A DNA stretch of 16,782 nt from Terrimicrobiaceae bacterium (GTDB taxonomy: Bacteria > Verrucomicrobiota > Verrucomicrobiia > Chthoniobacterales > Terrimicrobiaceae), in the NCBI GenBank assembly GCA_044342325.1, contig JBIIPZ010000052.1:1-16782 (forward strand), given 5' to 3'. Both the position numbers and the translations under genes were made by a program. Shown piece after piece: positions 8,466 through 16,564 of the stretch. Position 1 is the stretch's first letter; each line of letters opens with the position of its first letter. The notes beneath the pieces were generated by a model that saw nothing but the letters and a program-made list of their open reading frames with translations, did no database searches and was not told the DNA's origin.

Positions 8466-8879
8466 ATGAATACGGCAAATCAATCGGCGTCTCAGAGTGG
8501 TAGGAAATTTGATCTGGAGGAGAGACTGTTGGAGTTTTCTGCACGGATTGTTCGGCTCTCTGCAAAAATGAAAACTGGCGAGGCGGAGCGCCATGTTGGA
8601 CATCAACTGTTGCGCGCCGGAACGTCTCCTTATGCGAACCATGGTGAGGCCGAGGATGCCGAGTCTGCGAATGATTTTATTCATAAAATGAAGATCTGCG
8701 TGAAGGAAATGCGCGAGACATGGAGATGGCTGCGTTTGATTCAACGAGTTCCCCTTGTCGCCAAGCCAGAACGACTGGAACCTTTGATTGATGAAGCCGA
8801 TCAACTGATTCGTATCTTCCGTCAAAGCATCCTTACCGCCCGCAAAAACGCTCAGCGAACATCCAACGCCCAACATTAA
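8466..8879 (+). CDS. Four-helix-bundle protein (TIGR02436 / 23S rRNA-IVS protein / Avd-like fold)
   Basis: FDLEERLLEFSARIV, QLLRAGTSPYANHGEA, ESANDFIHKMKICVKEMRETWRWLRLI, EADQLIRIF: the characteristic family pattern. Visibly more AT-rich than glcD. Confidence 0.92.
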   Translation: MNTANQSASQSGRKFDLEERLLEFSARIVRLSAKMKTGEAERHVGHQLLRAGTSPYANHGEAEDAESANDFIHKMKICVKEMRETWRWLRLIQRVPLVAKPERLEPLIDEADQLIRIFRQSILTARKNAQRTSNAQH

Positions 8880-8886
8880 CACTCCA
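8857..8886 (+). repeat. Heptamer tandem array B (direct copy; spans the four-helix gene stop and reaches the glcF start)
   Basis: GAA CATCCAA CGCCCAA CATTAA CACTCCA. Confidence 0.7.
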
Positions 8887-10298
8887 TGAGTCTCGCAAAA
8901 GAATCAGAGGTCCATACAACTCAAAATCCCCGCCCCACTTCATTGGATGTTGGAAGTTCTATGTTGAATGTTGGATGTTCAGACACGCCCTCACACCCAA
9001 CCCACGCAGGCCTCAAAGACCTCGACTACTCCATTCTCCAGCAGTGCATGCATTGCGGCATGTGTCTGCCGACCTGTCCGACCTACGATGCCACAAAAAT
9101 GGAGCGCAACAGCCCGAGGGGACGCATTTCGCTCATGCGGGCGATTGCCGATGGTAAAATGGATGCGACTCGCACCTTCGGCGAGGAAATGTATTTCTGC
9201 CTCGGCTGCCTGGCCTGTGAAACCGCTTGTCCAGCCGGAGTGGAGTATGGACATCTCTTTGAAGTCGCTCGCTCGGAGGTCGAAAAATCGGGCGCGCTAA
9301 ATAATCCGCGCCGCAATGCGATTCGCAGTGTTCTTTTGAAAGGGCTTTTCACTCGCCCACGCCTCTTGCGCTTGGTTGGCAGGGGACTCTGGTTCTATCA
9401 GGCCAGCGGGGCACAGTGGATTTTTCGCACGCTGAAGCTCAATGCGCTCCTACCACAAAAATTTCGGAATTTGGAAACGCAGACTCCGACAGCACGAGCC
9501 ACTTTTTCGTGCGACATCATTCGCCCAGTTGAAACGCCTGCAGCGCCTCGTCACCGTGTTGGAATGCTCACCGGTTGCGTGCAGGACATCGTCCTCTCAG
9601 ATGTGAACCGCGATACGGTGGATGTCCTTCTGTCCAATGGCTGCGAGGTCCACACGCCGAAGGTGCAGGTTTGTTGCGGCTCGCTCCATGCCCACAATGG
9701 CGAACTGGAAACGGCCAGTGACCTTGCGCGCCGATTGATCGATTCTTTCGATCTGGAAAATCTCGACGCCATCATCACGAATGCTGCCGGTTGCGGTTCC
9801 CATCTTAAAACCTATGGACGCCTCCTCGAAAGCGATGCCGCCTATTCCAAAAAAGCCGCGCAATGGTCAGCGAAGCTCAAGGATATTCACGAATTCCTCT
9901 CAGAGATCGGAATTCGCCAACCCCAGACAACGGCCACGTCTCACCGCGTCACCTACCACGAGGCCTGTCACCTGTGCCATGGGCAGAAAATCACCAAGCA
10001 ACCGCGCGAGGTTTTAAAATCGATTCCGGGACTCGAACTCGTGGAACTCCCGGAATCCACCTGGTGCTGCGGGAGTGCGGGAATCTACAACATCACGCAA
10101 CCCGAAATGGCCGCCGACCTTCAGGACCGGAAACTCAAAAATATTCTCTCAACCGGCGTCGATACCGTCGCGACAGCCAACCCCGGTTGTCACCTCCAAC
10201 TCGTGGATGGCGCCCGACGTGCCGGTCGCTCTCTTGAAGTCGCCCATCCGATCTCCCTGCTTGCCAGGGCTTATAGGGCGGAGAAGGTAGTCAGATGA
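8886..10298 (+). CDS. glcF: Glycolate oxidase iron-sulfur subunit GlcF-like
   Basis: Two 4Fe-4S motifs (CMHCGMCLPTCP, CLGCLACETACP), SPRGRI, two CCG domains (VCCGS, WCCGSAGIYN). Start uncertain (ATG 8886 or in-frame ATG 8961). Confidence 0.9.
   Translation: MSLAKESEVHTTQNPRPTSLDVGSSMLNVGCSDTPSHPTHAGLKDLDYSILQQCMHCGMCLPTCPTYDATKMERNSPRGRISLMRAIADGKMDATRTFGEEMYFCLGCLACETACPAGVEYGHLFEVARSEVEKSGALNNPRRNAIRSVLLKGLFTRPRLLRLVGRGLWFYQASGAQWIFRTLKLNALLPQKFRNLETQTPTARATFSCDIIRPVETPAAPRHRVGMLTGCVQDIVLSDVNRDTVDVLLSNGCEVHTPKVQVCCGSLHAHNGELETASDLARRLIDSFDLENLDAIITNAAGCGSHLKTYGRLLESDAAYSKKAAQWSAKLKDIHEFLSEIGIRQPQTTATSHRVTYHEACHLCHGQKITKQPREVLKSIPGLELVELPESTWCCGSAGIYNITQPEMAADLQDRKLKNILSTGVDTVATANPGCHLQLVDGARRAGRSLEVAHPISLLARAYRAEKVVR
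8940..8980 (-). repeat. Heptamer tandem array C (inverted relative to A and B), inside glcF 5' end
   Basis: Plus strand TCA TTGGATG TTGGAAG TTCTATG TTGAATG TTGGATG TTC. Confidence 0.88.
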
Positions 10299-10340
10299 AA
10301 CTTTAGGTTATTTGGCCGTTTCCTTTTTGCTAAAAGAAAA

Positions 10341-10369
10341 TTGGCGCCCTTTGCGTTTCTGGCTACAAT
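10341..10369 (+). promoter_or_regulatory. Putative sigma70 promoter of the TA operon
   Basis: TTGGCG (10341-46), 17-nt spacer, TACAAT (10364-69); A of ATG 10376 is 7 nt downstream. Confidence 0.55.
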
Positions 10370-10375
10370 GTGAAA

Positions 10376-10591
10376 ATGAGCACGGTTCTGGAAATCGAAA
10401 GAGCTATTGAAAAACTTCCTCGTAATGATGTTTTTGTAATAGCTGATTGGATCTCTAAGCGGTTTTCTGATGCTTGGGATGCGCAGATTGAGGAGGATGT
10501 CCTTACAGGCGCCTTGGATCATTTGGTTAATGAAGCTTTGGCGGAATACCGCTCGGGAGCCATAACCAACTTTCCACCAGATGCAAAGTAA
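10376..10591 (+). CDS. Putative type II antitoxin
   Basis: Small acidic protein MSTVLEIERAIEKLP...WDAQIEEDVLTGALDHLVNEALAEY; overlaps the downstream toxin-like gene by 11 nt. Confidence 0.75.
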   Translation: MSTVLEIERAIEKLPRNDVFVIADWISKRFSDAWDAQIEEDVLTGALDHLVNEALAEYRSGAITNFPPDAK

Positions 10592-10844
10592 GGCTACTAA
10601 GAAATTCTGGAAGTGTTACTTGAATCTTCCGGAACCGATACAAAAAACGGCTCTCAAACAGTATAACTTGTGGATCAGGGACCCCGCCCATTCATCCCTG
10701 CAGTTCAAAAAAATCAATGATGCTTGGTCGTGCCGCGTTACTGATAATTATCGCGCTCTCGGGGTAAAATCTGGGGATACAGTTATCTGGTTTTGGATCG
10801 GCGCTCATGGGGAATACGAGACCCTTATCCGACGGAAAAATTAG
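10581..10844 (+). CDS. RelE/ParE-superfamily toxin
   Basis: Basic 87 aa: TKKFWKCYLNLP, DPAHSSLQFKKI, WSCRVTDNYRALG, WFWIGAHGEY. Confidence 0.85.
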   Translation: MQSKATKKFWKCYLNLPEPIQKTALKQYNLWIRDPAHSSLQFKKINDAWSCRVTDNYRALGVKSGDTVIWFWIGAHGEYETLIRRKN

Positions 10845-10915
10845 CCTTTTCGAGATTTCAGGAATTCATGCCGAATTTTCAGAGAGTCGGGTGTGTCTTT
10901 TTTAATGAAACCAAA

Positions 10916-10936
10916 TCGGACTGTAGTCCGAACTAC
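10916..10936 (-). repeat. GTAG-type REP-like palindrome
   Basis: Minus strand GTAG-T-TCGGACT-AC-AGTCCGA between convergent genes; single copy in window. Confidence 0.45.
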
Positions 10937-10969
10937 GCTCAAATTCCTCAATCCGCAGTGAGGTAAGAA

Positions 10970-11995
10970 CTATGAGGTCTTCAAGTCGCGCATCCCGAGT
11001 TCGTCGGCAATGGTGAGGCAATCTTTGATTGGTAGGATCCCGTCCGAGGTTCCGGGACCGAAAAGGCAGGAGGCGGCGGTGGCGACTCCGTAGCGGAGGG
11101 CCGTTTCGATCGGGAGGTCTTCGTGCAAGCCGAAGAGGACGCCGGCCGCGAAGGCGTCACCCGCGCCGACAGTGCCAATTATGCGGTCCTGCGGCACATG
11201 GAGGCTGCCTTGAATGTGGAATTGTCCATCATGTCCGAGCGCGCAGGCGCCTTCGGGGAAGTGGACGATGACCCACTCGCCGACGCCGGAGGCGAGGAGT
11301 TGGCGGGAGGCGGATTCGATCGCCGAAAGGGAAACGAGGCCGTCGGGCTTGGTAGGGATGCCGGTCGTCCGCTCAATTTCGAACTCGTTCATGATGCAAT
11401 AGTCCGTGTGGCGAAGGGCTGGAAGAACGATCTCCGCGAAGCGCTGGCTGTCCTCGCTCACAACATCAATGCTGGTTTTGAATCCGGCATCCCGCGCCGC
11501 GTGCAGCACCCGGGCGGCGGCGGTGCCGAAGTCGGCATCTGGTTGATCGAGCAAATCGAGGAGCAGGAGGTAGCCAAGGTGGAAGATTTTGGCATCCGTT
11601 CCGGTGAAGGAAAAATGTTCGGGTGCGAGGAAGGCGTTGGCTCCACGCTGATGGAAGAATGTGCGGCGCCCGGTGGATTGAACGGTCATCACATCGGTGT
11701 AGGAGGTCGGTGCGGTCGCGTGTCGGAGAATGCGGGTGCGATCGACACCGTGAGTATCGCATTGTCCGTGAATCCATTCCCCATAGGCATCGGCGCCGAT
11801 CAGGCCGATGCCTGCGAGCGGAAAGGGGGCGCGCAGGCGGGCGAGGTCGAGTAGCACGTTGAAGGGGGCGCCGCCATTGCCGATCGTTTCGGTCAGGATG
11901 TTGGCGAGCGCGTCCTGTTGTGGATAGGTGTCGATGAATTTCAGTTTGTCGACAATCCAGTTACCGCCAGAGAGGATTCCTTTGCGGGCACTCAT
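10970..11995 (-). CDS. PfkB/ribokinase family carbohydrate kinase
   Basis: GNGGAPFN, GLIGADAYG, GRRTFFHQRGAN, NEFE, GTVGAGDAFAAG. Confidence 0.93.
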   Translation of the reverse strand: MSARKGILSGGNWIVDKLKFIDTYPQQDALANILTETIGNGGAPFNVLLDLARLRAPFPLAGIGLIGADAYGEWIHGQCDTHGVDRTRILRHATAPTSYTDVMTVQSTGRRTFFHQRGANAFLAPEHFSFTGTDAKIFHLGYLLLLDLLDQPDADFGTAAARVLHAARDAGFKTSIDVVSEDSQRFAEIVLPALRHTDYCIMNEFEIERTTGIPTKPDGLVSLSAIESASRQLLASGVGEWVIVHFPEGACALGHDGQFHIQGSLHVPQDRIIGTVGAGDAFAAGVLFGLHEDLPIETALRYGVATAASCLFGPGTSDGILPIKDCLTIADELGMRDLKTS

Positions 11996-12567
11996 GCGGT
12001 CTTGTCGCTCAGAAGGCGGAGAATGGCAGGCTCGTCCTCCTCGAGGTTTGGGTAACGGCCAATGTCGGGGTTCACAAAGAAGTTGTCATTCAGGTCGTCA
12101 TTCGCTGTCGAAACCTCACCAATGATGCACTCCTCGCTGAGGGGATAAAAGGCATGGTAAACACCCGGCACAAGCGTCACGCGGGAGCCCTCAGGAAGCT
12201 CTATGATCTGCCCCGATTTAACCATCACGGGTTCGTGGTCGATCGGCATGGAGAATTCTCGATCCCCGCTCTCATCGGGAACGCCTGCCCACACCTCAAC
12301 CGCGAGGCGCCCCCAGCGGCAGATGATGTCCTCCTTTTTTTTGCGGTGGCAGTGAGCCGGTGTGGTCATGCCTTTCTGCGCATACATGAGCTTTTCGCAG
12401 TATTCCGGTTCCTCCGCGAGGTTCACCAGAACGAGTCCGAAATTCCGCCAATCAGCGAGACCGAAATCGGTCACATCCCAGCGAGGGCGGGGCGGGAGGG
12501 CCCATTCGTGGGCTGCAAAACAGGATTGAGCGGAGCGGATGAGAGCGTTGATTTCACTGCGTTTCAT
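11992..12567 (-). CDS. D-lyxose/D-mannose isomerase family (cupin)
   Basis: MKRSEIN, WDVTDFG, YCEKLM, TPAHCHRKKKEDII, PGVYHAF, GEVSTANDDLNDNFF. Confidence 0.9.
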   Translation of the reverse strand: MKRSEINALIRSAQSCFAAHEWALPPRPRWDVTDFGLADWRNFGLVLVNLAEEPEYCEKLMYAQKGMTTPAHCHRKKKEDIICRWGRLAVEVWAGVPDESGDREFSMPIDHEPVMVKSGQIIELPEGSRVTLVPGVYHAFYPLSEECIIGEVSTANDDLNDNFFVNPDIGRYPNLEEDEPAILRLLSDKTA

Positions 12568-13706
12568 AGTGAGTTTTTGTAGAGGAAGGTTAAGTCGAGT
12601 TTTACAGGAATGCGATGTCCTGCGGGGGAAACAAGGGTGACTCCATGAGTGTCTGGAATGATCTTTTTGACCCGCTCAAAATCACGCGGGATCGCAGCGA
12701 CGGCCATGATGTAGTTGATGACGGTCGGTTTTTTGGGGTCGAGTATGGTAGAGGTTTTGAAGCCCTCGCGGCTGATGGGATTTGGCTTTTCGGCGGGTGA
12801 GATGCCTAGAAAAAAAAAGGATGTTACATCCTCGAGGCCCATGACATTCACATGTCGGCCGTTCCATGGCGCGTAGTGACGACCACCATTGGATATCCAA
12901 AAAACCGTGCTCTGCAGCACGCGCGGATCCTTAAGCGAAAACCACACATAGCCCTCCTTAGGAAAGGCCGCCGCCGTCCAAGCAAAATCGGGCCGGTCCT
13001 GATGGACTATTTGCACGATGTCCTCGAATCCCCTGCGGGCGGGATATCTGCTAAGGTCGGTGTATCCGCCCTGCGCGAGTGGAACGCGATCCAAGCGCTT
13101 GAAGGTGGCGGAGGGTTTCAGGGAATTGTAACCCCCGCGCGAAGGCTCCTCGAATGTCCCGGGAAAATTCCATCCTCCCGCCATGCGACTGGTGCTGATA
13201 TGGCCGCTGCCTTCCTCATCGGGAAATTTCAGCGTCGCATGGTGCCCCAAAGTCATATTCCCCTTCATGCCGCTGAGCACATGCCGGGAGTAAATCGCCG
13301 TCTCGCCATTTTTTAAGCTTAGGAATTTATCCACATGCCCGGCGCGCACTTTGGTGTCGAGCGAGAGGTGCAAGTCAACGCCGTCGTTGCTGCGCTTCAG
13401 CGATTCGAAGTGCCAGTTGGCATTAGCCGTTTCACCATGAGGTTGGTGCGACTCGCCTCGGTAGGGCTTCTCATCCGCGCCGAATGGAGTGCAGAAAAAA
13501 TCCCCGCGCAGAGCCTTCAGGATCGAAGGTGTGCTAACATCAATCTTTTCCTCTGCCCATGGGGCCACGGAAAATGGCGAGAACTCCATTGCGCCACATC
13601 GAAAGGTGACTGGAGCCAAGTGACCGCCGAGCCGCGTAATTGCAGCACTCACGGTGTCGGAGGAAAACTCCCACGAGGGTTGGCCGTGAATGAGTGCTGT
13701 TTTCAC
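12564..13706 (-). CDS. Conserved hypothetical protein, probable galactose mutarotase-like fold
   Basis: GGHLAPVTF, LRGDFFCTPFG, PHG, GHHATL, terminal GLED; ATGA overlap with isomerase gene; GTG start. Confidence 0.65.
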   Translation of the reverse strand: MKTALIHGQPSWEFSSDTVSAAITRLGGHLAPVTFRCGAMEFSPFSVAPWAEEKIDVSTPSILKALRGDFFCTPFGADEKPYRGESHQPHGETANANWHFESLKRSNDGVDLHLSLDTKVRAGHVDKFLSLKNGETAIYSRHVLSGMKGNMTLGHHATLKFPDEEGSGHISTSRMAGGWNFPGTFEEPSRGGYNSLKPSATFKRLDRVPLAQGGYTDLSRYPARRGFEDIVQIVHQDRPDFAWTAAAFPKEGYVWFSLKDPRVLQSTVFWISNGGRHYAPWNGRHVNVMGLEDVTSFFFLGISPAEKPNPISREGFKTSTILDPKKPTVINYIMAVAAIPRDFERVKKIIPDTHGVTLVSPAGHRIPVKLDLTFLYKNSL

Positions 13707-13719
13707 AGGGGTGGGGGAT

Positions 13720-14844
13720 TTATAGAGTAACGGAGTTTTTGGCTGCCTGGGATTTGAGCGCGGCCTCGAAGAGTTCGTGGCTGCGAACCGCTTCCTCGGG
13801 AGTCACGCACCCGAAGCGACCATCCAGCTTTCCTGCGCGTTCGGCGATGTAAGCCGCCCACATTTGCAGGAAGCAATCCGGGAAGCCTGGCTCGAAGATG
13901 CCGCCGGTGATCGTCGGGAACGGGCCGTTGAAACCGAGGTCGGTCTTCTGCCAGAGTTGTTCCTTGCCGCGCTGGAATGTCCAGAGCGTCTTGGGCTCCT
14001 TGGTGCTGAATTTCACGCCGCCATCGGTTCCGAGAACTTCAATGAACCATGTGTTCGTCTCGCTCGGTGCGAGGCGTTTCATTTCGAAGCGAACCGGGAC
14101 CTCGCTGCCGTCGATTTCCACTTCGGTGTGCAGCATTGCGTTGTCCCAGGTGTCGCAGGTGGCCATGCCGCCTTTGCCATCCGGGCGCTCGTGATAGATT
14201 TTCTGCAATTGCGCATAGACGCGCTTGGGATTCCAACCGAGGCGGAATGGCACATGAACGGCGTGCATGCCGAGGTCACCCATCACTCCGATCGCGCCAC
14301 AGGTTTTGACCTGACGCTTCCAGTTGGCGGGCTTGGTGGGATCGAGGTCGCTGCTGTGGTGGAATCCCGAGTGGATTTCCAAAACCTTTCCCAACTTGCC
14401 TTCGCGGGCGATTTGATAGGCCCGCTGGGCTCCCGGCAGGAAGGGAAACTCGGAGCTACAACGCACAAAACGACCGCTGGATTTCGCCGCATCCGCAATT
14501 GCGCGGGCGGCTTTCAGGTCGATGCCAAACGGCTTCTCGGCGAGCAGGTCTTTTCCGGCTTTGAGCACATCGAGATAAATCGTCTCGTGCATATTGTGCG
14601 GCACGGCAACATAGACAACATCGACATCCGAGCTGTCCAGTAGTTCGTGATAATCGGCGGTGAGAAGCTTCACCGATGGAATCCGGCGGAACCACTCGCG
14701 TTGTTTCTCCGCCAGATCGCAGACGGCGGTGAGTTCCGCGCGGACAGGAAAATTTTCCAAAACAAACCAGCGTGAGAGGGCGCTGGCGACCTCGCGGCCC
14801 ATGAGACCGCCGCCAATGATTCCAATGCGAGTCGTATGGCTCAT
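13720..14844 (-). CDS. Gfo/Idh/MocA family oxidoreductase
   Basis: IGIIGGGLMG, AVPHNMH, AEKPFG, GVMGDLGMH. Confidence 0.92.
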   Translation of the reverse strand: MSHTTRIGIIGGGLMGREVASALSRWFVLENFPVRAELTAVCDLAEKQREWFRRIPSVKLLTADYHELLDSSDVDVVYVAVPHNMHETIYLDVLKAGKDLLAEKPFGIDLKAARAIADAAKSSGRFVRCSSEFPFLPGAQRAYQIAREGKLGKVLEIHSGFHHSSDLDPTKPANWKRQVKTCGAIGVMGDLGMHAVHVPFRLGWNPKRVYAQLQKIYHERPDGKGGMATCDTWDNAMLHTEVEIDGSEVPVRFEMKRLAPSETNTWFIEVLGTDGGVKFSTKEPKTLWTFQRGKEQLWQKTDLGFNGPFPTITGGIFEPGFPDCFLQMWAAYIAERAGKLDGRFGCVTPEEAVRSHELFEAALKSQAAKNSVTL

Positions 14845-14846
14845 TT

Positions 14847-15677
14847 TTACTTAAGAAACTTTGCGGCTTCGGTTGCTGTTGCTCCGTCGTGAACGATAGC
14901 CATCAGCGCGGCCACCATGCCGGCGGGGTTCTGGTGTTGAACCACATTGCGGCCATACACGATGCCGGAAACTCCCTGTTGGATGAGTGCCTCGGTGCGA
15001 GCGAGAATCTCCGCATCCGGCGCCTTGCCACCCCCGCGAACAAGAACAGGAATGCCTCCAGCGGCTTCGACGACTTTGTGGTAGATCGAAACATCGTCGG
15101 TCGGATCGGCCTTGATCACATCCGCGCCGAGTTCCACCGCCTGACGGACGAGATGTTGAATTTTCACAAGATCGCCATCCACCATGTAGCCGCCCGCCTC
15201 GCTGTTCGGACGGAAGACGAGAGGTTCCACCATCATGGGCATGCCATAGTGGTCGCTCTCGAGCTTGAGCGCGCAGATGTTTTCAATGCACTGGTTCGTG
15301 ACTCCCGGCGCACCGGGGATCTGAAAAAGATTCACGCACATGCAGGCGGCATCGAGTCGAACGGCCTGAAGGCTTGGCTCCTCGATCATCGCGCTCAGCG
15401 CCTCGACCGGTAACTCGCGGCCATAGACATTGGCCACATCCGTGCGGAGAACGAGCGAAGGCTTCTGACGGCCCGGGATTTTTTGCAAATGCCGCGCCTG
15501 CCCGGTGGTGAGCTGAACCGCATCCGGAGCGGCTTTCACAACGGTTTCCACCGCCTTCGCCATGTCCTCGATTCCCGTGAGAAAGCCGGGTTGGTTAAAA
15601 AAGCCGTGATCGATGGCGACATCAAAGCATCGGCCGGATTTCGAGTTGAAGAGACGGTTGAGGCGGTAGTTTTTCAT
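14847..15677 (-). CDS. Class I aldolase, DhnA/LsrF/DeoC-like family
   Basis: VAIDHG, GMPMMVEP, AVELGADVIK (Schiff-base Lys), VLVRGG, GIVYGRNV. Confidence 0.9.
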   Translation of the reverse strand: MKNYRLNRLFNSKSGRCFDVAIDHGFFNQPGFLTGIEDMAKAVETVVKAAPDAVQLTTGQARHLQKIPGRQKPSLVLRTDVANVYGRELPVEALSAMIEEPSLQAVRLDAACMCVNLFQIPGAPGVTNQCIENICALKLESDHYGMPMMVEPLVFRPNSEAGGYMVDGDLVKIQHLVRQAVELGADVIKADPTDDVSIYHKVVEAAGGIPVLVRGGGKAPDAEILARTEALIQQGVSGIVYGRNVVQHQNPAGMVAALMAIVHDGATATEAAKFLK

Positions 15678-15687
15678 AGGTTAGAAA

Positions 15688-15731
15688 TGAGCGAAAGTGA
15701 TTATATGCAATCAGAGCGATCAATCTGTCAA
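15688..15731 (-). promoter_or_regulatory. Promoter/operator of the sugar operon
   Basis: Minus strand TTGACA (15726-31) and TATAAT (15700-05), overlapped by the palindrome TGATT-N6-AATCA (15698-15713) and outer TGAGC/GATCA half-sites. Confidence 0.55.
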
Positions 15732-15928
15732 ACCGCTTTTGTTGGCATTCGATAGAACGCACCTTGGACCGAAAATTCTCCTCCAAATCAGGCTTCGTGA
15801 CAAATCTGTGATAATTATACTTATCCTCATGGGGTTGAGTTGTTTGAAATGAGGTTGGGAAAATTGCGCATTCCATGCACTCCCCTCAGTGATGGATATT
15901 TTGGAGTCGTGGCTGGCAAATTTCCTCT

Positions 15929-16536
15929 ATGCCAACAGCCGCACAGCCTCTCATTTGCACGCTCTCCGCGGATATGCCCGATCTCCTCCGACCAATCAAA
16001 GTCCAAAAACGCTGCGTCAGTTCCGGTCCGATCCTTCAGGTTAAATCAGGTTCCGTCACGGTGCCGGTTTACCGCTGTGGCGACGGACGCTTGCCCCGAT
16101 TCTTCATCGCCTACTACAGAAAAATGGCCAACGCGTGTGGCAGAGTTTTTCGACAATCGACGAAGCGAAGCGGGAAGCTCTCCTAGGCAAAAGCCCGATC
16201 CTATCTGCCCAAGAACGAGGCTACGGAGGCTGAAGCGGTCTCAAAGGTGAAAGTGGGAGACACGGAACTGGCATATTTACTCCCGCTCAAATCAAGAGCC
16301 TGCTGGCAATCGCAACGCCGGAAATGATTCCCTTCATTGCCATAGGAGCCTTTGCAGGGCTGCGTGCGGCGGAAATCGCGAGGCTCGACTGGAGCGCCGT
16401 GGACTTGAAACGCAAGATCATCCACCTGCGAGCCGATCAGGCCAAGACGGCATCGCGTCGGATCATTCCAGTAAGCGACAACCTGCGCGCCTGGCTATTG
16501 CCGCGAGTCCGGAAAGGCAGGGTCGTTTTGATATGA
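15929..16536 (+). pseudogene. Tyrosine recombinase/phage integrase pseudogene
   Basis: Fragments in alternating frames: VKSGSVTVPVYR..IAYY / NGQRVWQSFSTIDEAKREA / AKARSYLPKNEATEAEAVSKVK / GIFTPAQIKSLL..GAFAGLRAAEIARLDW..AKTASRRIIPVSDNLRAWL. Lacks HxxR and the catalytic Tyr. Confidence 0.85.
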
Positions 16537-16564
16537 TGAGCAGTGATGGGATGAAGAGTTCGGT

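Noticed and set aside
8466..8879. Diversity-generating retroelement suggested by the Avd-like fold
   Set aside because: No reverse transcriptase and no TR/VR pair differing at adenines seen in the window.
8403..8885. Cassette having replaced glcE
   Set aside because: Two-gene glcD-glcF arrangements exist naturally (e.g. Bacillus subtilis), and no glcE remnant is visible.
8410..8980. Heptamer arrays as a CRISPR array
   Set aside because: Units are 7-nt tandem repeats with no spacers, and there are no cas genes.
12810..12818. A9 tract (also T8 at 12335-12342 and 6396-6403) as phase-variation sites
   Set aside because: Frames are intact, the runs encode ordinary Phe/Lys stretches, and there is no evidence of variation.
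15840..16250. 136-aa ORF as a real gene
   Set aside because: Alternative frame over the integrase remnant with no recognisable features.
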